Below are positions 1 through 8,799 of a stretch of DNA of 64,000 bases, piece after piece (position 1 is the stretch's first letter; each line of letters begins with the position of its first letter). The DNA comes from a virus: IMG/VR virus record IMGVR_UViG_3300023184_003735, positions 1-64,000 of that record; one strand, 5' to 3'. Position numbers and translations under genes: made by a program. The notes below the pieces were generated by a model. It was given only the letters and a program-made list of their open reading frames with translations, had not been told where the DNA came from and searched no databases.

Positions 1-12
1 AGTAGATTCTCC

Positions 13-648
13 TTAGATCTTGAGTTCTCGAATGAGTTTTACAACTTCATTTTTGAGATACTTCTGCACTTTGTTGTCTTCGCCCGCTTCCTTGGCTACC
101 TCTAACAGTCTATGACCGTACTTCATGTTCATGAGACTTTCATATATTGCTTTAGGGTATGCATTGGGTGCGCTGGGTTGAGCAACCACATCTATAGTGA
201 CTATTTCGAAGTCACTTACATGTCCTGTTCTGTCGTCGACGTTGCCGCTGCCACGACTTGAAACTCCTAATTTCACACCAGATGTCAACAACGTCTTGAT
301 CAACTCGCCCATGGGGGTTGGTAAAATCTTTAGTTTGCCACATCCAGCATCGCCATCCATCCACATACCCTCAACGCTGTGACACACACGGTCTAGATTA
401 ATTTTCAAATCATCCGGGTGATCCACTTCACCTAACACTGAGTTACCGCTTTTGATTTGCTCATTAATTGTGTTAACTGCCTTGCTGATTTCGTGCATTG
501 GATAAACGCGGTCATTTGCATTGCGCTTGTTGCCTTCAATACAAATACCTTTTAAATAGAGGTGCTTACCTTGGCCATCAGGTCCTGATTCTTCTAGAAC
601 CTGGATGTTGGCTTGATTAAAAGTAAGTTGTTCTCTTAGCGTTTTCAT
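13..648 (-). CDS. gp21: T4-like prohead core protease (gp21)
   Basis: 211 aa with NxNxRVYP, LGEVDHP, GVSSRGSG and DVVAQPSAPNAYP motifs typical of the T4 gp21 family; lies downstream of the portal. Confidence 0.95.
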   Translation of the reverse strand: MKTLREQLTFNQANIQVLEESGPDGQGKHLYLKGICIEGNKRNANDRVYPMHEISKAVNTINEQIKSGNSVLGEVDHPDDLKINLDRVCHSVEGMWMDGDAGCGKLKILPTPMGELIKTLLTSGVKLGVSSRGSGNVDDRTGHVSDFEIVTIDVVAQPSAPNAYPKAIYESLMNMKYGHRLLEVAKEAGEDNKVQKYLKNEVVKLIRELKI

Positions 649-651
649 GTA

Positions 652-1497
652 TTAACTGCGAGCAACTGGGCTCTTTGTGTTAACGCCTGTTGCTTGTGCC
701 AAGTGTGGCTTGGTTGCTGGGCTTGGTTTTTGCGAACCTTGTGCTGGTGTATTACCAACTTTGCCAATCAACTCTTTAGTTTGGTTGCTGTAAGCGCCGG
801 CTGCATCATGCTTGCCGCCACCTTCGCCACCAGCGTGTACTGGCTTGACTGTGTTACCAATTGGGCCTTTTGCGCCAGCATTAGCTGCCACAGTAGATTT
901 CTTGTTAACTCCGCCTTCTTCAGATGTAACTGGCTTTGGAGCGGCTTTCAATGAAATTGCTTCCATCATTTCGCCTGTGTCATCCATTTCAATAGCGTCG
1001 CCACCTTCATCTGGACCAAATCCGTCGCCGTCACCCATGTCGTCACCGCCCATTAGGTCTTCAAATTCGGCCATTAACTGGTCCAATTTGTCTTCTAAAT
1101 TAAGGATGTCGTCTTTAGATGCTGGCTCGCCACCACCTTCGTCATGCATGTCTTCAATGTCATGAGTAAGATCATCACCGGCTTCTTCAGCGCCGTCATC
1201 AAACTCTGCGTCTGATTCTTCGCCTTCCATGCTCATGTCTTGCTCTTCATCGGCTTCGATGTTGTCAATCAAGTTGTCACTAGCGTCACCGCCCATGGCG
1301 TCTTCATCAAGGTCTTCTTCTTCGGACTCGTCAAGTTCTTCCTCAGCAGACTCGTCAAGGTCTTCTTCGGCTTCTTCTTGCATCAAGTTCTCGTAAATCT
1401 CACGACTCTTGGCCACAACGATGTCATGGAAAAGTTCGCGAGCTTTTGCTTCTTCATCATTGATCACGTATTCGATCAATTGTTCAAATCTGTTCAT
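652..1497 (-). CDS. Acidic prohead core/scaffold-like protein
   Basis: 281 aa, very Glu/Asp-rich with repeated LDE motifs resembling gp21 L/I-x-E cleavage sites; lies between portal and protease, the T4 gp67/gp68 position; AGGAG RBS upstream. Confidence 0.6.
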   Translation of the reverse strand: MNRFEQLIEYVINDEEAKARELFHDIVVAKSREIYENLMQEEAEEDLDESAEEELDESEEEDLDEDAMGGDASDNLIDNIEADEEQDMSMEGEESDAEFDDGAEEAGDDLTHDIEDMHDEGGGEPASKDDILNLEDKLDQLMAEFEDLMGGDDMGDGDGFGPDEGGDAIEMDDTGEMMEAISLKAAPKPVTSEEGGVNKKSTVAANAGAKGPIGNTVKPVHAGGEGGGKHDAAGAYSNQTKELIGKVGNTPAQGSQKPSPATKPHLAQATGVNTKSPVARS

Positions 1498-1528
1498 AAG
1501 GAAACTCCTATAGGTTAAAGTGTAATGC

Positions 1529-1534
1529 TATTTA
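1529..1534 (-). promoter_or_regulatory. Late-promoter-like TAAATA box
   Basis: GTAAATA on the minus strand upstream of the 281-aa gene; matches the core of the T4 late promoter TATAAATA. Confidence 0.5.
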
Positions 1535-1582
1535 CACACTAGGAGAAAAAGACGCGGTTTATGGGGTCAAAATGACGATAAA

Positions 1583-1804
1583 TTACATCGCCGGTGCTTC
1601 TGGGGCAGGTGCATACTGTTGACGCACCAATTTGAGTTTTTCTTTGTATTCAACTGTGCGTACATCATTCATCTTGCGCAGTTTGTTCAACTGACGTAGA
1701 GTTAGATGCGTTTTACGCAGATCGCCCAGTTGTGTTTGGCTGTTGTCTTGTGCTAGATCCTGATAGGCTTCAGGATCTTTGTGCCAAAATTCATTTAATA
1801 TCAT
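1583..1804 (-). CDS. Small head-module protein of unknown function
   Basis: 73-aa ORF packed between the portal and the core protein; CATAAATA box 5 nt upstream. Confidence 0.75.
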   Translation of the reverse strand: MILNEFWHKDPEAYQDLAQDNSQTQLGDLRKTHLTLRQLNKLRKMNDVRTVEYKEKLKLVRQQYAPAPEAPAM

Positions 1805-1809
1805 ATGAA

Positions 1810-1817
1810 TATTTATG
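1810..1817 (-). promoter_or_regulatory. Late-promoter-like CATAAATA
   Basis: One mismatch to TATAAATA, 5 nt upstream of the ATG at 1804. Confidence 0.55.
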
Positions 1818-3597
1818 CTGGAGGGGCGCCTGCGCCACCTACGCCTCCGGGCACTACAGGACCACCAGGTGCTGATCCCACTTCAGGAGTACCCACGCCT
1901 GCTGGCTCCATTTGCCCGATTTCTTCGCCAGTCTCAATGTCCGTTTGCATAGCACCTGGACTAATGCCCACAGCACGTAGATCACTACCAGCAACCTTGA
2001 GTTCTGGATTGTCACGTTCTTCGCGCCACATGTCTTCGTTGTCTTTGATTTCACCTTCGGTCAAGCCCAAGAATCGTTCAAGCAAAAAGCGTTTTGACAT
2101 ATAAGGCAAGGGTTCCAACTGCATAAACGCTTGTATGCGTGTGTTATCCAGTTCACTTTGACGATAACTGGCAAAGTTTTGAGGCGCATTAAAGCCCAGA
2201 CTAAACAGTCCCGAGTCTATGTTAAACCCACGCCACTTCAAGAACATCTTGAATTCGTCGTCAAGTTTTTGTGCAATCAAGGCCTGTAAACGTTCACAAT
2301 ACTGGTTGAATCTGTACTCTTGTATAAGGGCTGTGCCTACTTTTCCGTCGCTTAAAGCACGGTCTGAGTCGTCTGGACCAGTGGGCAAATAACTGCTAGG
2401 CACACGCAAACCACGTGCCATTTTGTTGTTAAAGTACTTTAAATCGTCAATTTCGCCTAGATTTGCGCCACCTTGGAGCACATCTACTGAACTGCCGCGA
2501 CCGTCTTGTCCTTGGGGAAAGAAGTAATCTTCGTTGATGCTTAACGGATTATAACTTGAATCCATCATGTTTTGTCCGCCACCTGTCATGGTAGGGATTC
2601 TACGTTGATGCATTTCATTTTTAACACGTTCCACAAACTGCATGGCCAAGTGGCTAGGCATGTTGCCCACGTCAATTTTAAACACTCTGCGCTCAGGAGC
2701 ACGACTCACACGATAGATAAGAATAGCATCTTCCAGCAGTTCTTTCTGTTTGTAAACTTTGTAAATTTGTTCTAGTATACTACGTCCAAAAGGCCAGAAC
2801 ACATCCAAGCCTTCGTTCAAACTGCAATGCACCACGTGCTTGGCATCTATTGTGGCTTCGTTCATGGCCTGCATAAAGCGACTGTTGCCCACGCCACCAC
2901 CTGTGCCTCCGTTGGGCATGGTGTAGTTACTACTGCCTGATATGGTACCTGTTACAGGATTAGTCATGTAGTCTGTAGTGGTCTTGGCTGCCACAGTCAT
3001 GTTTTGAAAGTTGGGGTTGATGTCACGAATCACATACTGCTCAGGACGTTTGCCTTCTGATTCGTTCACAATAATACGCATGATCTTGCTCATGTCAACC
3101 CAGTACATTTCAAATGTTTCTGGATCACGCACAAACACTTGATCGCCATACTTGATGGTGTTGCGAAACAGTTTAAAAATGCGTTGGTCTAGTTTGTTTA
3201 GTTTGACCCACTGTTGCATCTGCTTCTTGATAATCTCAATTTCGTGATCAGTAGGCTTGTCGTTGTATTTTACATCAAACGGTGTGCCGTTTGTTTCACT
3301 CAGTTGTGTGGAGAACTCAGCAATGATGTCTAGACAGGCATTGACTTCTGAGTCCATGTCCATGTTTTCGTACTGGTTGTAACGTTCCACACGATTTGGG
3401 TGTCCAGAGTAAACTTCTGGTAAGCGTGATGCATAGTTGCGAAACACAAAGTCTGCTTGTGTTGAACCGCCGTTGCCATCGTTCCGGGGGTAGTTTGGTA
3501 AACCAAATTGGTTTGATCCCGAAATAGGACTTTGTACTCCAGAGTTGTCTGCAACCTTGAAATACTTGCGCCAGGAACCTTGTTGTTTATCTGCCAT
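1813..3597 (-). CDS. gp20: T4-like portal protein (gp20)
   Basis: 594 aa with LLEDAILIYRVSRAPERRVFKIDVGNMP, EDYFFP and LGEIDDLKYF motifs of T4 gp20. Confidence 0.97.
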   Translation of the reverse strand: MADKQQGSWRKYFKVADNSGVQSPISGSNQFGLPNYPRNDGNGGSTQADFVFRNYASRLPEVYSGHPNRVERYNQYENMDMDSEVNACLDIIAEFSTQLSETNGTPFDVKYNDKPTDHEIEIIKKQMQQWVKLNKLDQRIFKLFRNTIKYGDQVFVRDPETFEMYWVDMSKIMRIIVNESEGKRPEQYVIRDINPNFQNMTVAAKTTTDYMTNPVTGTISGSSNYTMPNGGTGGGVGNSRFMQAMNEATIDAKHVVHCSLNEGLDVFWPFGRSILEQIYKVYKQKELLEDAILIYRVSRAPERRVFKIDVGNMPSHLAMQFVERVKNEMHQRRIPTMTGGGQNMMDSSYNPLSINEDYFFPQGQDGRGSSVDVLQGGANLGEIDDLKYFNNKMARGLRVPSSYLPTGPDDSDRALSDGKVGTALIQEYRFNQYCERLQALIAQKLDDEFKMFLKWRGFNIDSGLFSLGFNAPQNFASYRQSELDNTRIQAFMQLEPLPYMSKRFLLERFLGLTEGEIKDNEDMWREERDNPELKVAGSDLRAVGISPGAMQTDIETGEEIGQMEPAGVGTPEVGSAPGGPVVPGGVGGAGAPPA

Positions 3598-3604
3598 AGT
3601 AGTT

Positions 3605-3612
3605 TATTTACC
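3605..3612 (-). promoter_or_regulatory. Late-promoter-like GGTAAATA
   Basis: TAAATA core 7 nt upstream of the portal ATG. Confidence 0.5.
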
Positions 3613-3616
3613 GTGT

Positions 3617-6346
3617 TTATGATTGCATACGCAACATCTTGCTGGAGATATCATTACCGTTCTTTTGTGCTCGAACCAATTCATCTAGTATGTCCACTTG
3701 TTTGCCCATCATTGATGCCATGTTTTCAAATAGTTTTACAAAATTTCCGCCACCGTTGTTTAAGGGAATCACTGCTTCTTCGCCGTGTAGTGTGGCTGGG
3801 TATCCACTGTTGGGCCCAACTGCTACTCCACCATCACTGAGTTTTATATCTCCGCCTTCATTGGCGGCCACACTAAAGTGCATGGCATCCTTGATCGATG
3901 CCCAGTTGCCGCCCCAGCCCAGACCCATTTGTCTTGCAATGGTAGAAATGTTTTCTGGCAGATCAGTAATGAGTTGTCCTCCCATGGGATTTGATCCTGG
4001 GTTGATATCAATTGCTCCGCCGTGTGCATGGACACTTTTTACTCCGGGTTTGCCTCGAACATCACGATCAACATAGCCACCGAGACTGTTGATTTCATAA
4101 CCGATTGAATCAAGATAATCAATCAAGCCCTGGAATCGTGGTGCATATTCTGCATTGACTTCTGCCGATTTACCAGTTTTGCTACGCACAGTTGCCAGCT
4201 TAGGAGGACCTTTAAGTCCTTGCCCGCCACTGCCCACCGCCTCGTGCGGCTCAGGGCCCTTGAGTCCCAATCCTCCACCACCGCCAAATCCGCCGCCCAT
4301 GGCTCCTCCACCACCGCCAAATCCGCCGCCCATGGATCTTGACGCTACTGCACTTTTACGGAAGGCTGCGGCTGCCTCAGCACCAACTGATTTTTCAATT
4401 ATCTGTGCTGTTTCTTCCAGTGCTTTGTTTTGTTCTTCCAACAAGTCAACTTCTTGTTCCATCAAGTCTGTTTTTAACTTGATGTACTTTGCATTGAGGT
4501 TGTTGAAATCTCTAGTGCGCTTGACATCTACGTCTGTGAGTTTGGTCAGCGTTTCTGTGTCTTTCAACATCCGCTTGACATAGTTGCCCATGTCATCTTG
4601 ATAGCCTTCAGTTTCTTTCACTGTGTTGAGCGAACTGCCTGTGCTGGCCGAGTTCAACAAATCTTCAATACCACTCATTTTGTTGGCGCCGCTCAATTTG
4701 TCCATGGGAATAATGGCTTCTGTACCGTGCATTAGCACAGGATATCCTGATGTTGGGCCTTTAAACACACCGCCATCTGCACCGCTCAACTGACCAAAGT
4801 CCATGCCTTGTTCCGTGGTCAATGGTTCATTGGTCATGATTTTTTCTGCGCCGGGGCCATGATCATGTGCTAAATTGTACAATGCTTCAGCAGCCGCCAC
4901 ACTGGCCCGAGCCACTTTCTCCATGGCTTTTTGTGCAGGAGTAATGCCTTCTGATATGAAGTTGGTCATGGCAATGTTGGCATTGATCTGAGTTTGAATT
5001 AATTTTGTTTGACCTTCTAACCATTCGTCTTCTGCTTTGCCGCCTTCGACACCTTGAGCCAATTGATCTTTATGGATCTTGTCCATTTGCTTTTCAAAGC
5101 CTTGCTCACCAGCAATTTGTAATTTCCTACTGGCGGCAAAATCCAACAAGAAACTGTTGGCTATATTCAACTTTCCATAGGCCACGCCCAAGGTATCATT
5201 GGTTCGGCCTATAGAATTGGCAAAACTCTGCATGCCTTGGATGGGGTTTTTGGTTCCTGCAATTACTTCCTGTATGTCGCGCAGGGCTTGTCCTTGAGTG
5301 CTTTGATACAGTTTTTGTGCATCTTCATTGACTAGATTTCCAGTGGCCAGGGCCTTGACACTCTTGCCCAGTTCAGGGGTCACTGCATTGGCCATGTCAA
5401 ACAGGTCCATAAGACGTTTTGCCCCGTCCTTATCACCTTTCAATTGCAATTCTCTGACCGTGGCAGCAAACTGTTGATCCAGCAGGGCATCTTCACGTGC
5501 TTTTTCAGTTTCTTTGCGTGTTTGACCTGTGAGTTTTGTGAGTGCATCTTGTTCGACCAGGTAGGCTCTTGCACCCTGTGCCAATTGATCCACAGTCATC
5601 TTTTGTGCATTGCCCAATCGTGTCTGTGTTCTTAGATAACCGGCTGTGCCTTCTGCAATGTCTTTGGGCAACATTCCCATTGCCAGAAAACCTTTTTGTG
5701 CTGGCTTCATGGCCTCGTTGATGTCTTCAAACGCCTGACGTCCTTTGAACACTGACCCGCCCATGAGTGCAAGGTCTCGGCTATTTTCACTTACAATTTG
5801 TACATAGTCGTTGAGTTCGTCCATGGACAGACCCAATTTTTGTGCACCGTCCTTGAGTCCACGCATGCCATCACTGGCAGCGGCTCCTGATTTGGCCATG
5901 CCTTGAAATCCAGCATACAACTTGTCGGCCATCTCATTGGCGGCCTGGCCATACTTGATCAATGCACCTGTGGCCAAGGTAAGACCAGCAATCAGACCTT
6001 TGATCAGTATTCCACCTGGTATGAGCAAGGCCAGTGCAGTGCCCGCGGCTGTGGCCGCAGTGGTCAGTTCGTCTAAAGCACTGTTAAAGGCTGCGGCACC
6101 TTTTTTGCCGTCCAGCATGGCTTTGCCAGCTGCTATGCCTGCGGAAGCCAATGCCCCTACTGCATCTGCGCCTTTTTTGGTACCAGCAGTGAAGTTGTCA
6201 ATACCATATTTGGACTTCATCTCTGCATCTTTTGTCTGTTCAGCAGTTTCACGAGTGACTTTTCCAAACAACGCAAGATCACGCTGTACTGCAGCCATTG
6301 CTTCAGTTAGTTGTCGCTGTGCGTCTGAGATATTTTCTTCTGCCAT
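3617..6346 (-). CDS. Tape-measure-like tail protein with C-terminal M15-family peptidoglycan peptidase domain
   Basis: 909 aa, Ala/Gly/Gln-rich helical body with a hydrophobic segment; C-terminal SVHAHGGAIDIN...WGGNW...DAMHF is the M15 zinc-binding signature. Confidence 0.8.
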   Translation of the reverse strand: MAEENISDAQRQLTEAMAAVQRDLALFGKVTRETAEQTKDAEMKSKYGIDNFTAGTKKGADAVGALASAGIAAGKAMLDGKKGAAAFNSALDELTTAATAAGTALALLIPGGILIKGLIAGLTLATGALIKYGQAANEMADKLYAGFQGMAKSGAAASDGMRGLKDGAQKLGLSMDELNDYVQIVSENSRDLALMGGSVFKGRQAFEDINEAMKPAQKGFLAMGMLPKDIAEGTAGYLRTQTRLGNAQKMTVDQLAQGARAYLVEQDALTKLTGQTRKETEKAREDALLDQQFAATVRELQLKGDKDGAKRLMDLFDMANAVTPELGKSVKALATGNLVNEDAQKLYQSTQGQALRDIQEVIAGTKNPIQGMQSFANSIGRTNDTLGVAYGKLNIANSFLLDFAASRKLQIAGEQGFEKQMDKIHKDQLAQGVEGGKAEDEWLEGQTKLIQTQINANIAMTNFISEGITPAQKAMEKVARASVAAAEALYNLAHDHGPGAEKIMTNEPLTTEQGMDFGQLSGADGGVFKGPTSGYPVLMHGTEAIIPMDKLSGANKMSGIEDLLNSASTGSSLNTVKETEGYQDDMGNYVKRMLKDTETLTKLTDVDVKRTRDFNNLNAKYIKLKTDLMEQEVDLLEEQNKALEETAQIIEKSVGAEAAAAFRKSAVASRSMGGGFGGGGGAMGGGFGGGGGLGLKGPEPHEAVGSGGQGLKGPPKLATVRSKTGKSAEVNAEYAPRFQGLIDYLDSIGYEINSLGGYVDRDVRGKPGVKSVHAHGGAIDINPGSNPMGGQLITDLPENISTIARQMGLGWGGNWASIKDAMHFSVAANEGGDIKLSDGGVAVGPNSGYPATLHGEEAVIPLNNGGGNFVKLFENMASMMGKQVDILDELVRAQKNGNDISSKMLRMQS
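4271..4335. repeat. 32-nt direct repeat (2 copies, period 33) encoding a Gly-rich linker
   Basis: tcctccaccaccgccaaatccgccgcccatgg at 4271-4302 and 4304-4335; encodes MGGGFGGGGG twice in the tape-measure ORF. Confidence 0.9.
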
Positions 6347-6352
6347 GATTTT

Positions 6353-6381
6353 TACCTATAAGTATAGGTATATTTATAGGT
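6353..6381. promoter_or_regulatory. Overlapping divergent late promoters in a palindromic spacer
   Basis: Perfect TATAAATA on the minus strand (6371-6378) faces the tape-measure gene; TATAAGTA on the plus strand (6357-6364) faces gp26; TACCTATA-AG-TATAGGTA palindrome at 6353-6370. Confidence 0.75.
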
Positions 6382-6386
6382 GAAAT

Positions 6387-7232
6387 ATGCCCCAAACTGC
6401 GAACCCGCTAAAACAATTTTTTAGACAACCGGCCATTTATTTGAGCCTGCCTTCAGGCGGCCAATACTGGGACACAAGGGTGCTACAGATACCACAAACA
6501 AAAGAAATACCAGTGTACCCAATGACTGCTATCGATGAAATAACCTATCGAACTCCAGATGCGTTGTTCAACGGACAGGCCGTGGTCAATGTGATCCAAA
6601 GTTGCATTCCTGCAATCAGAGATGCTTGGCAAGTTCCCGGAGTAGATTTAAATGCCATCTTGATTGGTATTAGAATTGCCAGTTACGGACACGAAATGGA
6701 AATGAGCAGTAAATGCCCTTCCTGTGAAGAAGTTAATGATTTTAGTTTAGATTTGCGTACTATATTAGACTCACTTGAGTGCCCAGACTATTCCAAGACC
6801 ATGATCTATGGTGATCTTGAAATTACCTTGTGCCCTATTGCATACAAGCATCAAAATCAAACCAATATTGAACAATACAATCAGCAACGCAGTATTCAAC
6901 AGATTCAAGCTAGTGAAACTTTGACTGATGAACAAAAAATTGAACGCTTGAATCAAGCATTGCAAACAATCACTCAACTCACAATTGAAACTCTCAAATA
7001 TAGTATCGCCAGCATACGTACTCCTGATACTGTTGTGACCGAGTCAGATCATATTCAAGAGTTTCTTGTGAACTGTGATAGAAAATTATACCAAGACGTC
7101 AGAGATCATATCATAAGTTTGCGTGAGCAAAGCGATATCAAACCATTTGATACCACATGCCCCAGTTGTAACCACAAATGGAAGCAAACACTCACCCTGG
7201 ATCAAGCCGCTTTTTTCGGGGTCGCCTCCTAA
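6387..7232 (+). CDS. Baseplate hub assembly chaperone, T4 gp26-like
   Basis: 281 aa with LPSGG, VYPMTAIDE and DLNAILIGIRIASYG motifs, two CPSC zinc knuckles and a terminal FF motif. Confidence 0.8.
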   Translation: MPQTANPLKQFFRQPAIYLSLPSGGQYWDTRVLQIPQTKEIPVYPMTAIDEITYRTPDALFNGQAVVNVIQSCIPAIRDAWQVPGVDLNAILIGIRIASYGHEMEMSSKCPSCEEVNDFSLDLRTILDSLECPDYSKTMIYGDLEITLCPIAYKHQNQTNIEQYNQQRSIQQIQASETLTDEQKIERLNQALQTITQLTIETLKYSIASIRTPDTVVTESDHIQEFLVNCDRKLYQDVRDHIISLREQSDIKPFDTTCPSCNHKWKQTLTLDQAAFFGVAS

Positions 7233-7258
7233 CATTGCCCACTGAAGAAATCACGTCT

Positions 7259-7447
7259 ATGGTGGACAGCATGGACAAGGAGGCAAATGACATACGTCAA
7301 CAGAGTTTAAAAATGTCCTGGTTCATGAGAGGCGGTGCTTCGTATGACGATGTATTACAAATGAGCAATGTTGAAAGAAAAATGTTAAGTGAACTTATCA
7401 AAGAAAATCTTGAAACAACCAAAACATCTAAATTACCTTTCTTCTAA
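7259..7447 (+). CDS. Baseplate assembly protein, T4 gp51-like; may be expressed as a -1 frameshift fusion to gp26
   Basis: WFMRGGASYDDVLQMSNVERKML resembles the gp51-type motif; start uncertain (7259 or 7271); the frame stays open back through the slippery T TTT TTC at 7211-7217. Confidence 0.65.
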   Translation: MVDSMDKEANDIRQQSLKMSWFMRGGASYDDVLQMSNVERKMLSELIKENLETTKTSKLPFF

Positions 7448-7947
7448 TGGAAATACAACAAGTACAAGCAGATATAGAGTCATGGATTGAGAACTTTGTA
7501 GAAGTTCCACATCCTAGCCTAGGAGGATTTCCACCTTGTCCGTTTGCACGGGCCGCAAGACTCCGACGCACATATGGTGTGTTCTTGGGCACAGATCCAC
7601 TTTATGATCTCAAAAATCGTGCAAGATATGGCATGGGTCAGTACGAAGTTGTTATCTATGCTTACGATCCTTTAGAGTGGTCACACGAACTGTTTGCCAA
7701 CAGCATTGAACTTGCCAACAAGGAAACACTCATACCTAGAGACTTAATAGCCATGGAAGATCACCCTGCTGACCTAGAAATAGTAAACGGAGTGTGTATG
7801 AATCAAGGCACCTATGCACTTGCACTAATACAAGCACTTGGTGATCTCAACATCAAAGCAAAACAAATGGCCTCTCAAGGCTTTTATCACAATTGGCCTG
7901 AAGAATATTTACAAGGCTTGTTCAATCATAGACAGGATCCCAGATGA
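7447..7947 (+). CDS. DUF1415/DUF6875-like protein with a CPFA motif
   Basis: 166 aa; WIENFV..PHPSLGGFPPCPFAR and DHP motifs resemble DUF1415/DUF6875 N-termini. Confidence 0.55.
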   Translation: MEIQQVQADIESWIENFVEVPHPSLGGFPPCPFARAARLRRTYGVFLGTDPLYDLKNRARYGMGQYEVVIYAYDPLEWSHELFANSIELANKETLIPRDLIAMEDHPADLEIVNGVCMNQGTYALALIQALGDLNIKAKQMASQGFYHNWPEEYLQGLFNHRQDPR

Positions 7948-8378
7948 CCTATCAATTTGCTAGAATCGACCTAAGCCAAACTGAATACGCAGAATCAGTC
8001 AAGTGGCAATATTTACGTGTACCAGATATAGCATTGTTAAACAACATCTATAGAGAGTATTGCGTACACAAACGTTTTGCAAGTGTAATGCCCATGTTTG
8101 ATTCAAGATATCTTGATCCCGCAACTGATGTTCTTGGCTACTATGACGGTACTGATCTGGTGGCGTTTAGTTTGATTCGACGCTATGATCGAGAAAATGC
8201 CTTATGCGATCAATTTGCATGGAACTATCACAAGCCAGGACTACGCTTGGGAATTGAAACAATGAAAACAGAGTGTGCTATCTACAAGGCACGTGGCTTT
8301 AAGTACCTGTATCTTGAACAAGCACACCTGTACAAATCCGAAATACAAGGATTTGAATTACTAGGACCACTGGAGTAA
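7944..8378 (+). CDS. Aminoacyl-tRNA-protein transferase C-terminal-like (ATE_C/Bpt, GNAT fold) protein
   Basis: 144 aa; YYDGTDLVAF...FAWNY..PGLRLG...ECAIYKARGFKYLYL resembles the ATE_C pattern GxLVA...FYDP...SLG...I..A...G..YLYLG. Confidence 0.65.
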   Translation: MTYQFARIDLSQTEYAESVKWQYLRVPDIALLNNIYREYCVHKRFASVMPMFDSRYLDPATDVLGYYDGTDLVAFSLIRRYDRENALCDQFAWNYHKPGLRLGIETMKTECAIYKARGFKYLYLEQAHLYKSEIQGFELLGPLE

Positions 8379-8380
8379 CT

Positions 8381-8716
8381 ATGGATTTATACACAATTTG
8401 GGCGGACAAAGAAGGCGATATCTCAGACTTGGACTGGGTTAACGGAATGAAGAGTTTTTTTGATCACTTGATCACAGAAGGCAAAATGGAAAGTTACAGA
8501 ATCACAAGATGCAAGATGGGATTCCGTAGCATTGCTGACATGCCAGAGTGGATGATTATTATGGAGTTCACAGGCATGGCTCAGATGGATTCAGCATTCA
8601 AACGAGTAGCACCGCTCGAAGGTGAACTCGAAGTCAAGCACAAAAGTTTCAATCAATTTGTTTCGGGCAACATACAACATGCACTTTTCCGCGACTGGCC
8701 AGATACTAATCTATGA
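8381..8716 (+). CDS. DUF6614-like dimeric alpha-beta barrel protein
   Basis: 111 aa; MDLY...HL..EG...YRITR.K.GF...EF..MAQMDSAF...ALFRDWPD pattern resembles DUF6614; GGAG RBS. Confidence 0.55.
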   Translation: MDLYTIWADKEGDISDLDWVNGMKSFFDHLITEGKMESYRITRCKMGFRSIADMPEWMIIMEFTGMAQMDSAFKRVAPLEGELEVKHKSFNQFVSGNIQHALFRDWPDTNL

Positions 8717-8722
8717 GTTAGA

Positions 8723-8783
8723 AGACTTACTACGTAAGTCTGTTGTTTTCGCTATCGCTCAACAACTGATTGTTTTTTTTTTT
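8723..8783 (+). terminator. Twin hairpins followed by a T11 tract; probable terminator of the plus-strand unit, possibly also ssDNA hairpins
   Basis: AGACTTAC-TAC-GTAAGTCT (8723-8741), GTTGTT...AACAAC (8742-8766), T11 at 8773-8783. Confidence 0.5.
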
Positions 8784-8799
8784 AATTTGTTTGAATTAA

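Noticed and set aside
8603-8612. CGAGTAGCAC in the DUF6614-like gene matches 8863-8872 (first N10 box), a possible guide target
   Set aside because: A single 10-nt match found after the fact can arise by chance, and I saw no matching partner site for the second N10.
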